Source: Alphaproteobacteria bacterium
GTDB lineage: Bacteria; Pseudomonadota; Alphaproteobacteria; MPNO01; UBA830
DNA: 63,526 nt
Assembly: GCA_038106605.1 (NCBI GenBank)
Contig: JAYOEF010000003.1
Location: 1 to 63,526, forward strand
Direction: 5' to 3'
Shown: piece after piece, positions 36,362 through 45,998 of the stretch
Layout of the letters: each line of letters opens with the position of its first letter
How positions within the stretch are numbered: the first letter of the stretch is position 1
Position numbers and translations under genes: made by a program
The notes under the pieces: generated by a model
Database searches by the model: none
Told to the model about the DNA's origin: nothing
The model's input: the letters and a program-made list of their open reading frames with translations, nothing else

Positions 36362-37834
36362 ATGGCGAACACCGACGCACACCGCGCATTGGCGCGAGAC
36401 GAACACCGCGCGCTCGCGCGATACGAAGACGCGATCCGGCCGCACCGTGCGGCGTTCGGCGACCGGCATGCGCTGCGGATGCTGGGCGGCGCGGGACAGT
36501 ATCCCGACGTCGTGCACCTGTTCCTCGTCCGTTTCGCAGCATCGGGCATCGCGATGACGCAACCGGTGGAAGGCTGGATCCGGCGCGCGGGCGAACGCTG
36601 CGGCGCGCTCGGCTTCGCCGAGCTCAGCGACGCCCTCGTCGCCCATGCCGCCGAGGAGGCGGGACACAACAAGCTGATGGCCGCCGACCTCCACGCGCTG
36701 TGCCGGCGCTGGAATGCAACCCATCGCCGGCAGCTCGATCCGGTCGCGCTCGCCTGCGGCGGCCGCTCCGGTGCCGTGCGGCGCTACGAAGAGATTCACG
36801 AGAACATCCTCGCGGGCGGCGAGCCCTACGCCCAGATCGCCGTGGAGTACGAGATCGAGAGCCTGTCGGTCCGCTACGGCGCGGAGCTGCTCGCCACGGG
36901 GGGACTGTCTGGCAGTCCGGCCGGCGGCGAGGAGCTCTCGTTCCTGCGGACCCATGTCGCTGCCGATGCAGGCCACAGCGCCTTCAACCGGCTGCAGCTC
37001 GGCCGTTTCCTCGCCTGCCATCCGGACACATTGCCTGCACTCGTCCGCGCCGGCGCGGCGGCGCTCGACGCCTACGGCGCGTTCCTCGACGACTGCCTCG
37101 CCGCGGCGCTCCATTCGGAGCCGGCGGAGGAAAGCCTTGCGCTCGACTGCGCGCTCCATCCGCCCCCTGGCCCGCACGACGGGCCGCAGCATGGGGTGGC
37201 GTCCCTGCCCTGCTGGCTGGCCGGTGCCCGGGCGCTGCGCACCCGCGTGCTGTACGACAACGGCCGGCGCCCGGTCTTTGCGCCACGCGGCGGCAGCTTC
37301 GGCGATGCCGATCCAGCCGATCTCGCATGCTGGCACTTCGTGCTCGCCGACGACGAACTCCCGGTCGGGACGATCCGCGTGCTGCCGGCGCCGGACGGCG
37401 CCGCCTGCAGCCTGTCGATGACGGACCGGACGTTCGGTACAACGGACGTGGAAGCGGCGCTCGCCCGCGAGGGGCTCCGGCGCAGCGACTGCGTCGAGGC
37501 GAGCCGCCTCGTGCTCGATCCCGGATACCGTCGTGGCGCGACGGTGCGCCGCCTGCTCGCCGGCGCCTGGGCGTTCGCCGCCGAATCCGGCGCGCGCGGA
37601 ATCCTCGCTGCCGCCGGCACCTGCGACCGCCAGGACCGCATGCTCGCCCTGTTCGGCGCGCGGCCGCTCGCCGGAGTGCCCAAACAGCGTTCGGAGCGCT
37701 TCGACGACGACATGCGCCTCATGCTGTTTCCGGTCGACCCGGCCGCGCCGCCGGATTATCCCGAGATCGCGGTCATGCAGGGGCTCGTCGCCACGCGTTT
37801 CGCCCACGTGGGACGGCGCGACGCCGCGGCATAG
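36362..37834 (+). CDS. fusion protein: haem-oxygenase-like (di-iron, Haem_oxygenase_2/CADD/PqqC-like) N-domain plus LuxI/FeeM/GNAT-type N-acyltransferase C-domain
   Basis: The N-terminal half carries helical E/H ligand-type motifs (AAEEAGHNKL, EYEIESLS, THVAADAGHSAF). The C-terminal half carries ALRTRVLYDNG ... FGDADPADLACWHFVLADDELPVGTIRVLP ... EASRLVLDPGYRRG. It is a single uninterrupted 490-aa ORF. Confidence 0.6.
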   Translation: MANTDAHRALARDEHRALARYEDAIRPHRAAFGDRHALRMLGGAGQYPDVVHLFLVRFAASGIAMTQPVEGWIRRAGERCGALGFAELSDALVAHAAEEAGHNKLMAADLHALCRRWNATHRRQLDPVALACGGRSGAVRRYEEIHENILAGGEPYAQIAVEYEIESLSVRYGAELLATGGLSGSPAGGEELSFLRTHVAADAGHSAFNRLQLGRFLACHPDTLPALVRAGAAALDAYGAFLDDCLAAALHSEPAEESLALDCALHPPPGPHDGPQHGVASLPCWLAGARALRTRVLYDNGRRPVFAPRGGSFGDADPADLACWHFVLADDELPVGTIRVLPAPDGAACSLSMTDRTFGTTDVEAALAREGLRRSDCVEASRLVLDPGYRRGATVRRLLAGAWAFAAESGARGILAAAGTCDRQDRMLALFGARPLAGVPKQRSERFDDDMRLMLFPVDPAAPPDYPEIAVMQGLVATRFAHVGRRDAAA

Positions 37835-37852
37835 AGAGCGGTACGGAAGCGG

Positions 37853-38491
37853 TCAGTGGACGACGCGGAGCGGCGGACGGCCATCCGGCGGCGATACCGG
37901 CCGGCGCATCAGCGGAAACAGGATGAGCCCGGCGAAGAAGCCGCCCGCATGCGCCTCCCAGCTGATGGCGCCGCCGCTGAGGAGCGCATAGCCGAGATTG
38001 ACGATCATCATCACCAGCACGTACTGGCCGAAATCCTGCAGCGTCGGCTTCGAGTGCCCGTCGCGGCCGCGCATCAGCACGTAGGCGCCGGCGCCGAGAA
38101 GCCCGAACACGGCACCCGACGCGCCCACGAGGAACGCGCTCTCGCCCCAGTTCACGAACGCGTGGGTCAACGCGCCGATCGTGCCGGTGACCGTGAAGAA
38201 CGCGATGTAGCGCCGGTTTCCGAGATGCGGCCAGATCTGGGGTGACAGTACCACCACCCAAGTCGCGTTGGCGACAAGATGGAGCCAGCCGCCGTGGACG
38301 AACACCGACGTCACGGCCCCGTAGAGCCAGACCGGGTCGAAGGTGCCGTCGCGGAACACGTCGAAAGCGAGCAAGTAGATCAGCCACGCATCGAACTCGG
38401 GCGGCAGGATACTGCGCACGCCCTGGACGATGGCGAGGAAGACGAGAAGCCGGACAGCGGCCGGCGGGAGCGAGATGGAATTATCGTTCAT
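37853..38491 (-). CDS. rhomboid family intramembrane serine protease
   Basis: HGGWLHLVAN, catalytic GASGAVFGLLGA and WEAHAGGFFAG motifs. Confidence 0.85.
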   Translation of the reverse strand: MNDNSISLPPAAVRLLVFLAIVQGVRSILPPEFDAWLIYLLAFDVFRDGTFDPVWLYGAVTSVFVHGGWLHLVANATWVVVLSPQIWPHLGNRRYIAFFTVTGTIGALTHAFVNWGESAFLVGASGAVFGLLGAGAYVLMRGRDGHSKPTLQDFGQYVLVMMIVNLGYALLSGGAISWEAHAGGFFAGLILFPLMRRPVSPPDGRPPLRVVH

Positions 38492-39123
38492 TGGGGGGCG
38501 TGCGGCAGGGGGCGCGTAGCGGCCATGAGTTCGAGTTGCGCTTCAAGCTCGTGGATGCGCGAAAGCAGACGGTTGAGCGTCGGCGCGACCTCGGCCTCGG
38601 TATAGCGCGGCGTGATGTGCTTCGGACAGTTCCAGTCGAAGGCGGCGACCTCGATCGTCCACGCCCGCTCGACCGGCGCGTCGTAGTCCCGGTCCAGAAC
38701 CGCCTCCGGAAACGCCGGGTCGCCGCGCTCGACGAGCCGCGCGCGGCCCATGAACTTGAGGCGGCGCTTGTTCGGATAGTCGACGAGAAACAGAGAGACG
38801 CGCCCGTCGCCGTCGATATTGCCCGTGCTGATGTACTGCTTGTTGCCGGCATAGTCGGCGAAGGCGAGCATCCGCGGCCCCGTGACCCGCAGAAACCCGG
38901 CGGGGCCGCCGCGGTGCTGCACATAGGGCCTGCCGTCGGCAGTTACCGTGGCGATGTAGAAACTGTCGCGCGCCGCGATGAAGGCGGCCTCGTCGTCGCC
39001 GAGGACGTCGTCCTCCCCCGTGCTCTCCGCCGCCCTACGATCGTAGGAGCGGCGCGAGCCCGCCGTCTCCTGGCGGGCGCGGATCGCGGGCGTGAAGGCG
39101 AGTTCGGCGTATCGCGACGTCAT
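38488..39123 (-). CDS. pyridoxamine 5'-phosphate oxidase-family FMN-binding protein
   Basis: FYIATVTADGRPYVQHRGGPAGFLRV ... YAGNKQYISTGN. Its stop overlaps the rhomboid start (ATGA). Confidence 0.75.
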   Translation of the reverse strand: MTSRYAELAFTPAIRARQETAGSRRSYDRRAAESTGEDDVLGDDEAAFIAARDSFYIATVTADGRPYVQHRGGPAGFLRVTGPRMLAFADYAGNKQYISTGNIDGDGRVSLFLVDYPNKRRLKFMGRARLVERGDPAFPEAVLDRDYDAPVERAWTIEVAAFDWNCPKHITPRYTEAEVAPTLNRLLSRIHELEAQLELMAATRPLPHAPQ

Positions 39124-39244
39124 GGGCAATTCCTCGGCAGTGCGGAGGGGTCGTGGGTGCGTCCTGAACTGGCATGTCCGCGGTCCCACAGCAAGTCAAA
39201 TCGGCGCGAGCCCGGCGCGAGACCCTGGGTCAATGATGCCGGGG

Positions 39245-40132
39245 TCAATGATGAAGGACGAACAGGAGGAGGAACGGCAGCATGACGAACGAGACGGACG
39301 TCGACACGATCACCATGCCCGCGACCTCCTCCGGCTTGCGGTTGAACTTCTGCGCGAACAGGTAGCTCGAGACGGCGACCGGCATCGCGCTCTGCAGGAC
39401 GACGACGGCGCGCGCCGGCCCCTCGAGCCCGAAGGCCCAGGCGATCGCGAAGCCGACCGCGACGCCCATCGCAAGCCGGAAGACGCCGAGCCCCGCGCTC
39501 CTCATCACCCCTCCCGACCGGAGCGACAGGAGCGAGACGCCGAGCGCGACGAGCTGCGCCGGAATCACCATGCCGCCCAGCAGGTTGACGGTATTGAAGA
39601 TCCATTGCGGCAGCCTCAGGCCGGTGAGCTGCATGGCGACGGCGACGATGACCGCGTAGATCACGGGTGATCGCGCGAGCCTGGCGGGCGACCACGATCC
39701 CTCGGCGATCGCCGCACCGATGGTGAATGTGCCGATGGCGCCGAAGGTGAAATAGACGATGGCGAGCGCGAGGCCCTCGTCGCCGAAGGCGAAATAGCAG
39801 ACCGGAAGGCCCATGCTGCCCGTGAGCGGGAAGATCAGCGCCGGCAGGTAGGACGGCACGTCGAGCCCGCGCACGCGGATCAAGAGCCAGCCGATCACCG
39901 TGAAAGCGGCATAGCAGGCGAGCGTCGCGGCGGCGAGCTCGCCCATCGCGCCGGGCGACAGCGTGACCTTCTGGAAGGTCGCAAGGATCAGGCAGGGCGC
40001 ACCGATCTCGTAGACCAGCGAGGTGATGAGCCGCGCGTCGAACGGCGTACCCATCTTCGCCCACAACATGCCGAGCGTGACGCACAGGAATACGGGACCG
40101 ACGATCCCGGCGAGGCTGACGACGACGTCCAT
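39245..40132 (-). CDS. AEC (auxin efflux carrier) family transporter
   Basis: 295-aa, roughly 10-TM protein with an N-terminus typical of PF03547-type membrane transport proteins. Confidence 0.75.
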   Translation of the reverse strand: MDVVVSLAGIVGPVFLCVTLGMLWAKMGTPFDARLITSLVYEIGAPCLILATFQKVTLSPGAMGELAAATLACYAAFTVIGWLLIRVRGLDVPSYLPALIFPLTGSMGLPVCYFAFGDEGLALAIVYFTFGAIGTFTIGAAIAEGSWSPARLARSPVIYAVIVAVAMQLTGLRLPQWIFNTVNLLGGMVIPAQLVALGVSLLSLRSGGVMRSAGLGVFRLAMGVAVGFAIAWAFGLEGPARAVVVLQSAMPVAVSSYLFAQKFNRKPEEVAGMVIVSTSVSFVMLPFLLLFVLHH

Positions 40133-40144
40133 CCCGCGCGCCCC

Positions 40145-41020
40145 TTACAGCACCACCGCCATGAGGAGCGGCAGCGTCGCGAGGGAGACCAGCGTCGAGA
40201 TCAGGATCATGCTTGCCGTGTCGGCGGGGCTCCGGTCGAAGCGCTGGGCGAACATGTAGTTGTGGACGGCGACCGGCATCGCGCACTCGATGATGAGCGC
40301 GCCGCGTGCCGCGCCCTCCAAGCCGAAGAAATGGGCGAGCGCATAGCCGACCGTGAAGCCGGCGCAAAGCTTGACCACCGAGATGATCACGATGCGCGAC
40401 GCGCCCTGCGCGTTCATGCGCGCGATGGCGACGCCGAGCGAGATGATCATCAGCGGGATCGCGAGCCCGCCGATCAGCTTCGTCGTGTTGGCGAGCCACG
40501 CGGGCGGTTCCAACCCCGTCACCATGAAGACCAGTGCCACTGCCACGGCGTAAATCAGCGGGTTGTTGTAGAGCACGTCGGCGGAGAGGCGTCCGGCATA
40601 TATGCTCCACCCCACGGTGAAGCTGAACAGCGACGACATCACGAAGATGCAGATGCCGAGCGCGAGCCCCTCCTGACCGAAGGCGAAGAGACAGAGCGGC
40701 AATCCCATGTTGCCGGTGTTCGAAGAGGTGAAGACCGGAAGGTAGGTATGCGCGGGCAGCCGCAGCACCGTGATCACCGTGAGCCCGACCGCGAGGAAGC
40801 AGGCGATGGCGATGGCATACACGCCGGCCATGCTCGCGAACGCCTCGGGGCTGACCTTGAGGTTCGTCAGGGTAGAGAAAACGAGGCTGGGCATCCCGAG
40901 GTTGAGCGCGAGCGCGCCCACCATCCTGGTGTCGAACGGACGGCCGAAGCGCACCCAGCCGAAACCGATTCCGGCGCAGATGAAGACGGGCGCGATGACC
41001 GAGAGAATCTTGAATATCAA
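40145..41020 (-). CDS. AEC family transporter, tandem paralogue
   Basis: Colinear with the neighbouring AEC gene. The TTG start at 41020 is inferred; the ORF is open to 41089. Confidence 0.65.
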   Translation of the reverse strand: MIFKILSVIAPVFICAGIGFGWVRFGRPFDTRMVGALALNLGMPSLVFSTLTNLKVSPEAFASMAGVYAIAIACFLAVGLTVITVLRLPAHTYLPVFTSSNTGNMGLPLCLFAFGQEGLALGICIFVMSSLFSFTVGWSIYAGRLSADVLYNNPLIYAVAVALVFMVTGLEPPAWLANTTKLIGGLAIPLMIISLGVAIARMNAQGASRIVIISVVKLCAGFTVGYALAHFFGLEGAARGALIIECAMPVAVHNYMFAQRFDRSPADTASMILISTLVSLATLPLLMAVVL

Positions 41021-41243
41021 AGGGACTGCCAGAGCTGGAGTTGGGCGGGCGCGGAAACCTCGGCGCGAACCTGCGCCCCGCTGCCGCAATCTAGTCGATT
41101 TCGCGGGGTGGGGAAATCGGCCATGCCTGCCCGGGACGTCCTGCGGGTGGCGGCGCGCAGGCGGCGGATGCTAGGCTCCCGCAGACTTGCCTCTTGTCAG
41201 GCAGACAGGATGGCGCGCGGGAAACGGCGGGAGCGCAGCCGCG

Positions 41244-42209
41244 ATGGACAGACCCATTCTTGTCACCGGGGCCCTCGGCCAGATCGGCTCGGCCCTCGTG
41301 CCCGCACTCCGGGAACGTCACGGCCGGGATGCGGTCGTCGCATCCGATATCCGGGTCCCCGGGCGCACTGCGACGTCCGCGAACGACGGGCCGTTCGAGC
41401 CGATGGACTGCACCAATCCGCGCGCCGTTGACGACGCCATCCGCCGTCACGGCATCGGCACGGTCTACCACCTCGCCGCTCTCCTCTCGGCAACCGCCGA
41501 GGAGCGCCCGCAGGCGGCGTGGCACGTCAACATGGACAGCCTGCACGCGCTCCTGGACGCGGCGCGGCGGTACCGCTGCGCGCTGTTCTTCCCAAGCTCG
41601 ATCGGCGCCTTCGGCCCGACGACGCCGCGCGACGCGACGCCCCAGGACACGATCCAGCGGCCGACGACGATCTACGGCGTCACCAAGGTCTCGGGCGAGC
41701 TGCTGTGCGACTTCTACGCGCACCGCTTCGGGCTCGACGTGCGCGGCCTGCGCTTTCCCGGGCTCATATCGCACGACGCGCTGCCCGGCGGCGGCACGAC
41801 CGACTACGCGGTCGAGATCTTCTATCACGCGCTCCGCTACGGTCGGTACTTGTGCCCGCTGGCGCCCGACACGCGCCTCGACATGATGTACATGCCGGAC
41901 GCGATCCGCGCGATGATCGAGCTGATGGAGGCCGATCCGGCGAAGCTCCTCCACCGCAACGCCTTCAATCTCGCCGCCATAAACGTGACGCCGGACGAGC
42001 TCGCCGCCGCGATCCGGAAGCGGATGCCGTCGTTCGCCATCGAATATGACGTCGATCCGGCACTGCAGGAAATCGCCGACAGCTGGCCGCGCTCGGTCGA
42101 CGACAGCGCAGCACGGACGGAATGGGGCTGGGCGCCGCGGTACGATCGCGACGCCATGACGGGCGAGATGCTGGAGCGCCTCGGCGCTCGCATCGGCTGC
42201 GGCACCTGA
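41244..42209 (+). CDS. tdh: L-threonine 3-dehydrogenase (SDR/epimerase-type)
   Basis: ILVTGALGQIGS and YGVTKVSGE (YxxxK) motifs. It lies immediately upstream of kbl. Confidence 0.8.
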   Translation: MDRPILVTGALGQIGSALVPALRERHGRDAVVASDIRVPGRTATSANDGPFEPMDCTNPRAVDDAIRRHGIGTVYHLAALLSATAEERPQAAWHVNMDSLHALLDAARRYRCALFFPSSIGAFGPTTPRDATPQDTIQRPTTIYGVTKVSGELLCDFYAHRFGLDVRGLRFPGLISHDALPGGGTTDYAVEIFYHALRYGRYLCPLAPDTRLDMMYMPDAIRAMIELMEADPAKLLHRNAFNLAAINVTPDELAAAIRKRMPSFAIEYDVDPALQEIADSWPRSVDDSAARTEWGWAPRYDRDAMTGEMLERLGARIGCGT

Positions 42210-42252
42210 GTACGACGCGCGCGCCTGAAGAGGACTGAGGGGGGAGAACGCC

Positions 42253-43485
42253 ATGCCGACCGAACGATTCGAAGCGCTGATCGCGGCCGAGCTCGATGCG
42301 CTCGACACAGCGGGCACGCGGAAGGGCGACGAGACGGTGATCGCGGGCTTCCTGCCCGCCGAAGGAAAACGCGGCCCGCGCTACCTGCTCGCGGGCGAGG
42401 GCGACCGGCCCTATCTCAGGATGAACGCCAATTCCTATCTCGGCATGGGGCTCCGCCCGGAGCTCGCTGCCGCCGAAGAGAAGGCAGTTCGCACCTATGG
42501 CGTCGGGCCCGGCGCTGTGCGCTTCATCAGCGGCACCATGGCGCCCCATGTCGAGCTGGAAGCCCGGCTCGCCCGCTTCCACGGGCGCGAGGCGGCGATG
42601 GCGTTCAGCTCGGCCTACGCGACGGTGATGGGTGTCCTCCCCGCCCTGATCGGCGAGGACACCGCCGTGATCAGCGACACGCTCAACCACAACTGCATCA
42701 TCAACGCGATCCGCCTCGCGCGCCCGTCCGCGCGCCACGTCTATCCCCACAACGACATGGCGGCGCTCGAACGCTGCCTGACGGAGGCGGTGCGGACCTC
42801 GAAGCGCGCGGTGATCGTCACCGACGGCATCTTCAGCATGCGGGGCGACCGCGCGCCACTCGACCGCGTGATGGAACTCGCGCGCGCCTTCGACAGCGAC
42901 TTCGAGGAGAACGCCATCGTCGTCGTCGACGATTCGCACGGGGTCGGCGCCTGCGGCGCGACGGGGCGCGGCAGCGAGGAGGCCTCCGCCTCTGCCCCGG
43001 TCGACGTGCTGATAGCAACGCTCGGCAAGGCGCTCGGCGTCAACGGCGGCTACGTCGCGGCGTCGGCCCGGATGGTCGCGTGGCTCCGCGAGAAGGCGCC
43101 GTTCTACATCTATTCGAACCCGGTCACGCCGGGCGAGGCGGCGGCCGCGATTGCCGCGCTCGACATCCTCGAAGGCCCGGAAGGCCGCGCGCTGCTCGGT
43201 CACCTGCGGGCGATGACGGCGCGCTTCGAGGCGGGGCTCGTCACGCTCGGCCTCGAGACGATCCCGGGCGACCACCCGGTCGTGCCGTTGCTGGTGCGCG
43301 ACGCGGCGCGGACCAAGGCCCTCGTGGCGCATCTGCGCGCGAACAGAATCCTCGCGACCGGGATCGCGCACCCTGTGGTGCCGAAGGGGGAGGAGGAGAT
43401 CCGCTTCCAGATCTCGGCCGACCATACCGAGGCCGACATCGACGAGGCGCTCGCCGCCATCGCGGCGTGGAACGCGGCGAACTAG
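42253..43485 (+). CDS. kbl: glycine C-acetyltransferase (2-amino-3-ketobutyrate CoA ligase)
   Basis: Alpha-oxoamine synthase motifs SDTLNHNCII, DDSHGVG and the PLP-lysine TLGKALG. Confidence 0.9.
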   Translation: MPTERFEALIAAELDALDTAGTRKGDETVIAGFLPAEGKRGPRYLLAGEGDRPYLRMNANSYLGMGLRPELAAAEEKAVRTYGVGPGAVRFISGTMAPHVELEARLARFHGREAAMAFSSAYATVMGVLPALIGEDTAVISDTLNHNCIINAIRLARPSARHVYPHNDMAALERCLTEAVRTSKRAVIVTDGIFSMRGDRAPLDRVMELARAFDSDFEENAIVVVDDSHGVGACGATGRGSEEASASAPVDVLIATLGKALGVNGGYVAASARMVAWLREKAPFYIYSNPVTPGEAAAAIAALDILEGPEGRALLGHLRAMTARFEAGLVTLGLETIPGDHPVVPLLVRDAARTKALVAHLRANRILATGIAHPVVPKGEEEIRFQISADHTEADIDEALAAIAAWNAAN

Positions 43486-43503
43486 AAGAGCGGAGCGAAG
43501 GCG

Positions 43504-43962
43504 TTACGCGTCGGCGCCGATTTCCTCGGCGAGCGCACCGAGATCGCCCATGTCCTCGATCATGCGCCGCCAGCGCTCCTCGCCGAAGCGGGCGATGAGC
43601 CTGTCCTGCGCCTGGTGCCAGAGCGGCGTCGCGCGGTCGAGCGCAGTATGGCCGGCGTCGCTCAGCGCGACGACGCGTTCGCGCCGGTCGTCGCCTTCGG
43701 AAATCTCGACGAGGCCTTCGGATGCGAGCGCCTTCAGGTTGCGCGTCAGCGTGGTGCGGTCGAGCGCAAGATGCTCGGCGAGGTGCGTGACCGACGCCGG
43801 GCCCATGAGCGCGACCGCGCCGAGCATCGTGAACTGGGTCGCCTTGACGCCGCTCGGCGCCATGATGTCGTCGTAGAACTCGGTGACGGCGCGGGCGGCG
43901 CGGCGCGCATTGAAACACGTGCAATGCCACGCAACTCGAACCTGGGTCGGTTTCTGGGACAT
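43504..43962 (-). CDS. MarR family transcriptional regulator
   Basis: QFTMLGAVALMGPASVTHLAEHLALDRTTLTRNLKALASEGLV. Confidence 0.8.
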   Translation of the reverse strand: MSQKPTQVRVAWHCTCFNARRAARAVTEFYDDIMAPSGVKATQFTMLGAVALMGPASVTHLAEHLALDRTTLTRNLKALASEGLVEISEGDDRRERVVALSDAGHTALDRATPLWHQAQDRLIARFGEERWRRMIEDMGDLGALAEEIGADA

Positions 43963-44083
43963 CGGATCCTCCGCGAGAATATGTGCATATACACTATAAT
44001 GATTCTGCGCGAATCGCCGAGCATGTTGATCGCGCCGTGCATTCCCCCTCGCTAAGCGCCCCGCCGCGCATTACATCGGAGCC

Positions 44084-44815
44084 ATGAGGAAACCGTTCCG
44101 CTTCCCCCGCCCCGGCGGCTACTGGACGATCGCGCTCGCCATCCTCGCCGCCGTGGCGGTCCTTGGAGTGTGGCTCGATTCCGAATTTCCGGGCGCGCTC
44201 GACGGAGGCAACGATGCGCCGCTCCTCGTCCACCATGCGCTCCTGCTCGCCCTGATCGGCGCCGCGGTCGTCGCCGGCGCGCGCACGTCGGCGGGCACCG
44301 CGCTCCGCCACGCCGCCTGGTGGGCAGGCATCTTCGCGGCGGTTCTCCTCGCCTACAGCTTCCGCGACGACGTGCGCGGCATCGGCCGCGAGATCGGCGG
44401 GCGCATCAAGGGCGAACTGCGCCCCGACCTCGCGCTCACCTCCGAAGGCGGCGCGGTTTCGATCCGCCGCGGCGGCGACGGGCATTTCCGCCTCACCGCC
44501 GAGGTCGACGGCGTACCGGTCCGCTTCCTGGTCGACACCGGCGCGACGCTCGTCGTCCTGTCGCCCGCCGACGCGGCACGGATCGGCATCGACCCGGCGA
44601 AGCTCTCCTACGGATTCAGGACGCGCACGGCGAACGGCACGGCGATGACCGCGCGGCTCGCATTGGGAGAGATCGCGGTGGAGAATCTTCGCGTGCGCGA
44701 CGTCGCCGCGGCGACCGTGCAGGGCGGGCTCGACGAATCGCTTCTCGGGTTAAGTTTTCTCGACCGGCTTTCGGGGTTCGAGGTCCGGGGCGACCGGATG
44801 ATCCTGAGGCCCTGA
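44084..44815 (+). CDS. membrane-anchored clan AA (retropepsin-like) aspartic protease, TIGR02281-like
   Basis: N-terminal TM helices, then GHFRLTAEVDGVPVRFLVDTGATLVVL (the DTGA active site). Confidence 0.8.
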   Translation: MRKPFRFPRPGGYWTIALAILAAVAVLGVWLDSEFPGALDGGNDAPLLVHHALLLALIGAAVVAGARTSAGTALRHAAWWAGIFAAVLLAYSFRDDVRGIGREIGGRIKGELRPDLALTSEGGAVSIRRGGDGHFRLTAEVDGVPVRFLVDTGATLVVLSPADAARIGIDPAKLSYGFRTRTANGTAMTARLALGEIAVENLRVRDVAAATVQGGLDESLLGLSFLDRLSGFEVRGDRMILRP

Positions 44816-44864
44816 TCTCGCGTACTTTAAACAGGGCAGGCGCGACAAGGAGCCGAACGCGACG

Positions 44865-45431
44865 ATGGTGAAACTAGACCGGATCTACACGAAGGGCGGC
44901 GACGCGGGCGAGACCTCGCTCGGCGACGGCACACGCGTCGCGAAGCACGCCCTCAGGGTCCACGCCCAGGGCGACGTCGACGAGACCAACGCCGCGATCG
45001 GTCTCGCCCGGCTCCACGCCGTGCCGGAGGAGGCCGGCGCGATCCTCGCCCGCATCCAGAACGATCTCTTCGACCTCGGCGCCGACGTGACGCGCCCGGG
45101 GGACGATGAAGGCGACGGCAACCTTCGCATCCGCGCCGTCCAGGTGACGCGGCTCGAAGCCGAGATCGACGCCCTCAACGAATCGCTGGAGCCGCTGCGC
45201 TCGTTCGTCCTGCGCGGCGGTACGCCGTTCGCCGCTTCGCTCCATTTCTCGTGTACCGTGTGCCGGCGTGCGGAACGCACGCTGTGCGAGCTGGCCGCCT
45301 CGGAGCCCGTGAATCCCGCTGCGCTGCGCTACCTCAACCGCCTGTCGGACCTGCTTTTCGTGCTTGCGCGGACGGCGAACGACGGCGGCCGCGGCGACGT
45401 GCTATGGCGTCCGGGAGGAACCGCAGAGTAG
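44865..45431 (+). CDS. ATP:cob(I)alamin adenosyltransferase, PduO type
   Basis: IYTKGGDAGETSL ... QNDLFDLGADV ... FVLRGG ... RTVCRRAER. Confidence 0.9.
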   Translation: MVKLDRIYTKGGDAGETSLGDGTRVAKHALRVHAQGDVDETNAAIGLARLHAVPEEAGAILARIQNDLFDLGADVTRPGDDEGDGNLRIRAVQVTRLEAEIDALNESLEPLRSFVLRGGTPFAASLHFSCTVCRRAERTLCELAASEPVNPAALRYLNRLSDLLFVLARTANDGGRGDVLWRPGGTAE

Positions 45432-45491
45432 CGGCGAAGCGCCGCGACGGCGGCGATAGCGCTCAACCTTCGAACGCGTTAAGATCGCAAC

Positions 45492-45998
45492 ATGTCGAAC
45501 AGAATCAGATGTTTTGCCGCCGCGGCCGCAATGCTTGCCGGGGCGACCGTTCTGCACCCCTCCCACGCCGGCGTCATGGAAGGCGTGCGCGATTTCCAGA
45601 CCGGTCGCTACGCCGAAGCTCTCAAGCAGCTTGAGCCGGAAGCCGCGAAGGGAAACACGGACGCCCTCTTCATCCTGGGCGAGATGCATTCCGCCGGAAA
45701 GGGCGTCGAGCGCGACCAGGCCAAGGCCGCCGAGCTCTACGGCAGGGCGGCGGAGCTCGGCCATGCCAAAGCGATGCAGAACTACGGCGAAGCGCTGATG
45801 CTCGGCGAAGGCGTCAAGCAGGACATCCAGGAAGCGCTGAAGTGGTTCATCCTGTCGGCGCGCGCGGGCAACAACGACGCGGCCGCGTACGCGAGCCGTG
45901 TCGGCAAGTTCACCACCCGCGAGATGCAGGCCGAGGCCCGCATGAAGGCGCTCGACTGGGAAAAGGCTTTTAAAGCCAAGAAGGACGGCGCGAAGTAG
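45492..45998 (+). CDS. secreted Sel1-repeat (TPR-like) protein
   Basis: Signal peptide plus Sel1 repeats (AAKGNTDALFILGEMHSAGKGVERDQAKAAELYGRAAELGHAKAM ...). Confidence 0.8.
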   Translation: MSNRIRCFAAAAAMLAGATVLHPSHAGVMEGVRDFQTGRYAEALKQLEPEAAKGNTDALFILGEMHSAGKGVERDQAKAAELYGRAAELGHAKAMQNYGEALMLGEGVKQDIQEALKWFILSARAGNNDAAAYASRVGKFTTREMQAEARMKALDWEKAFKAKKDGAK

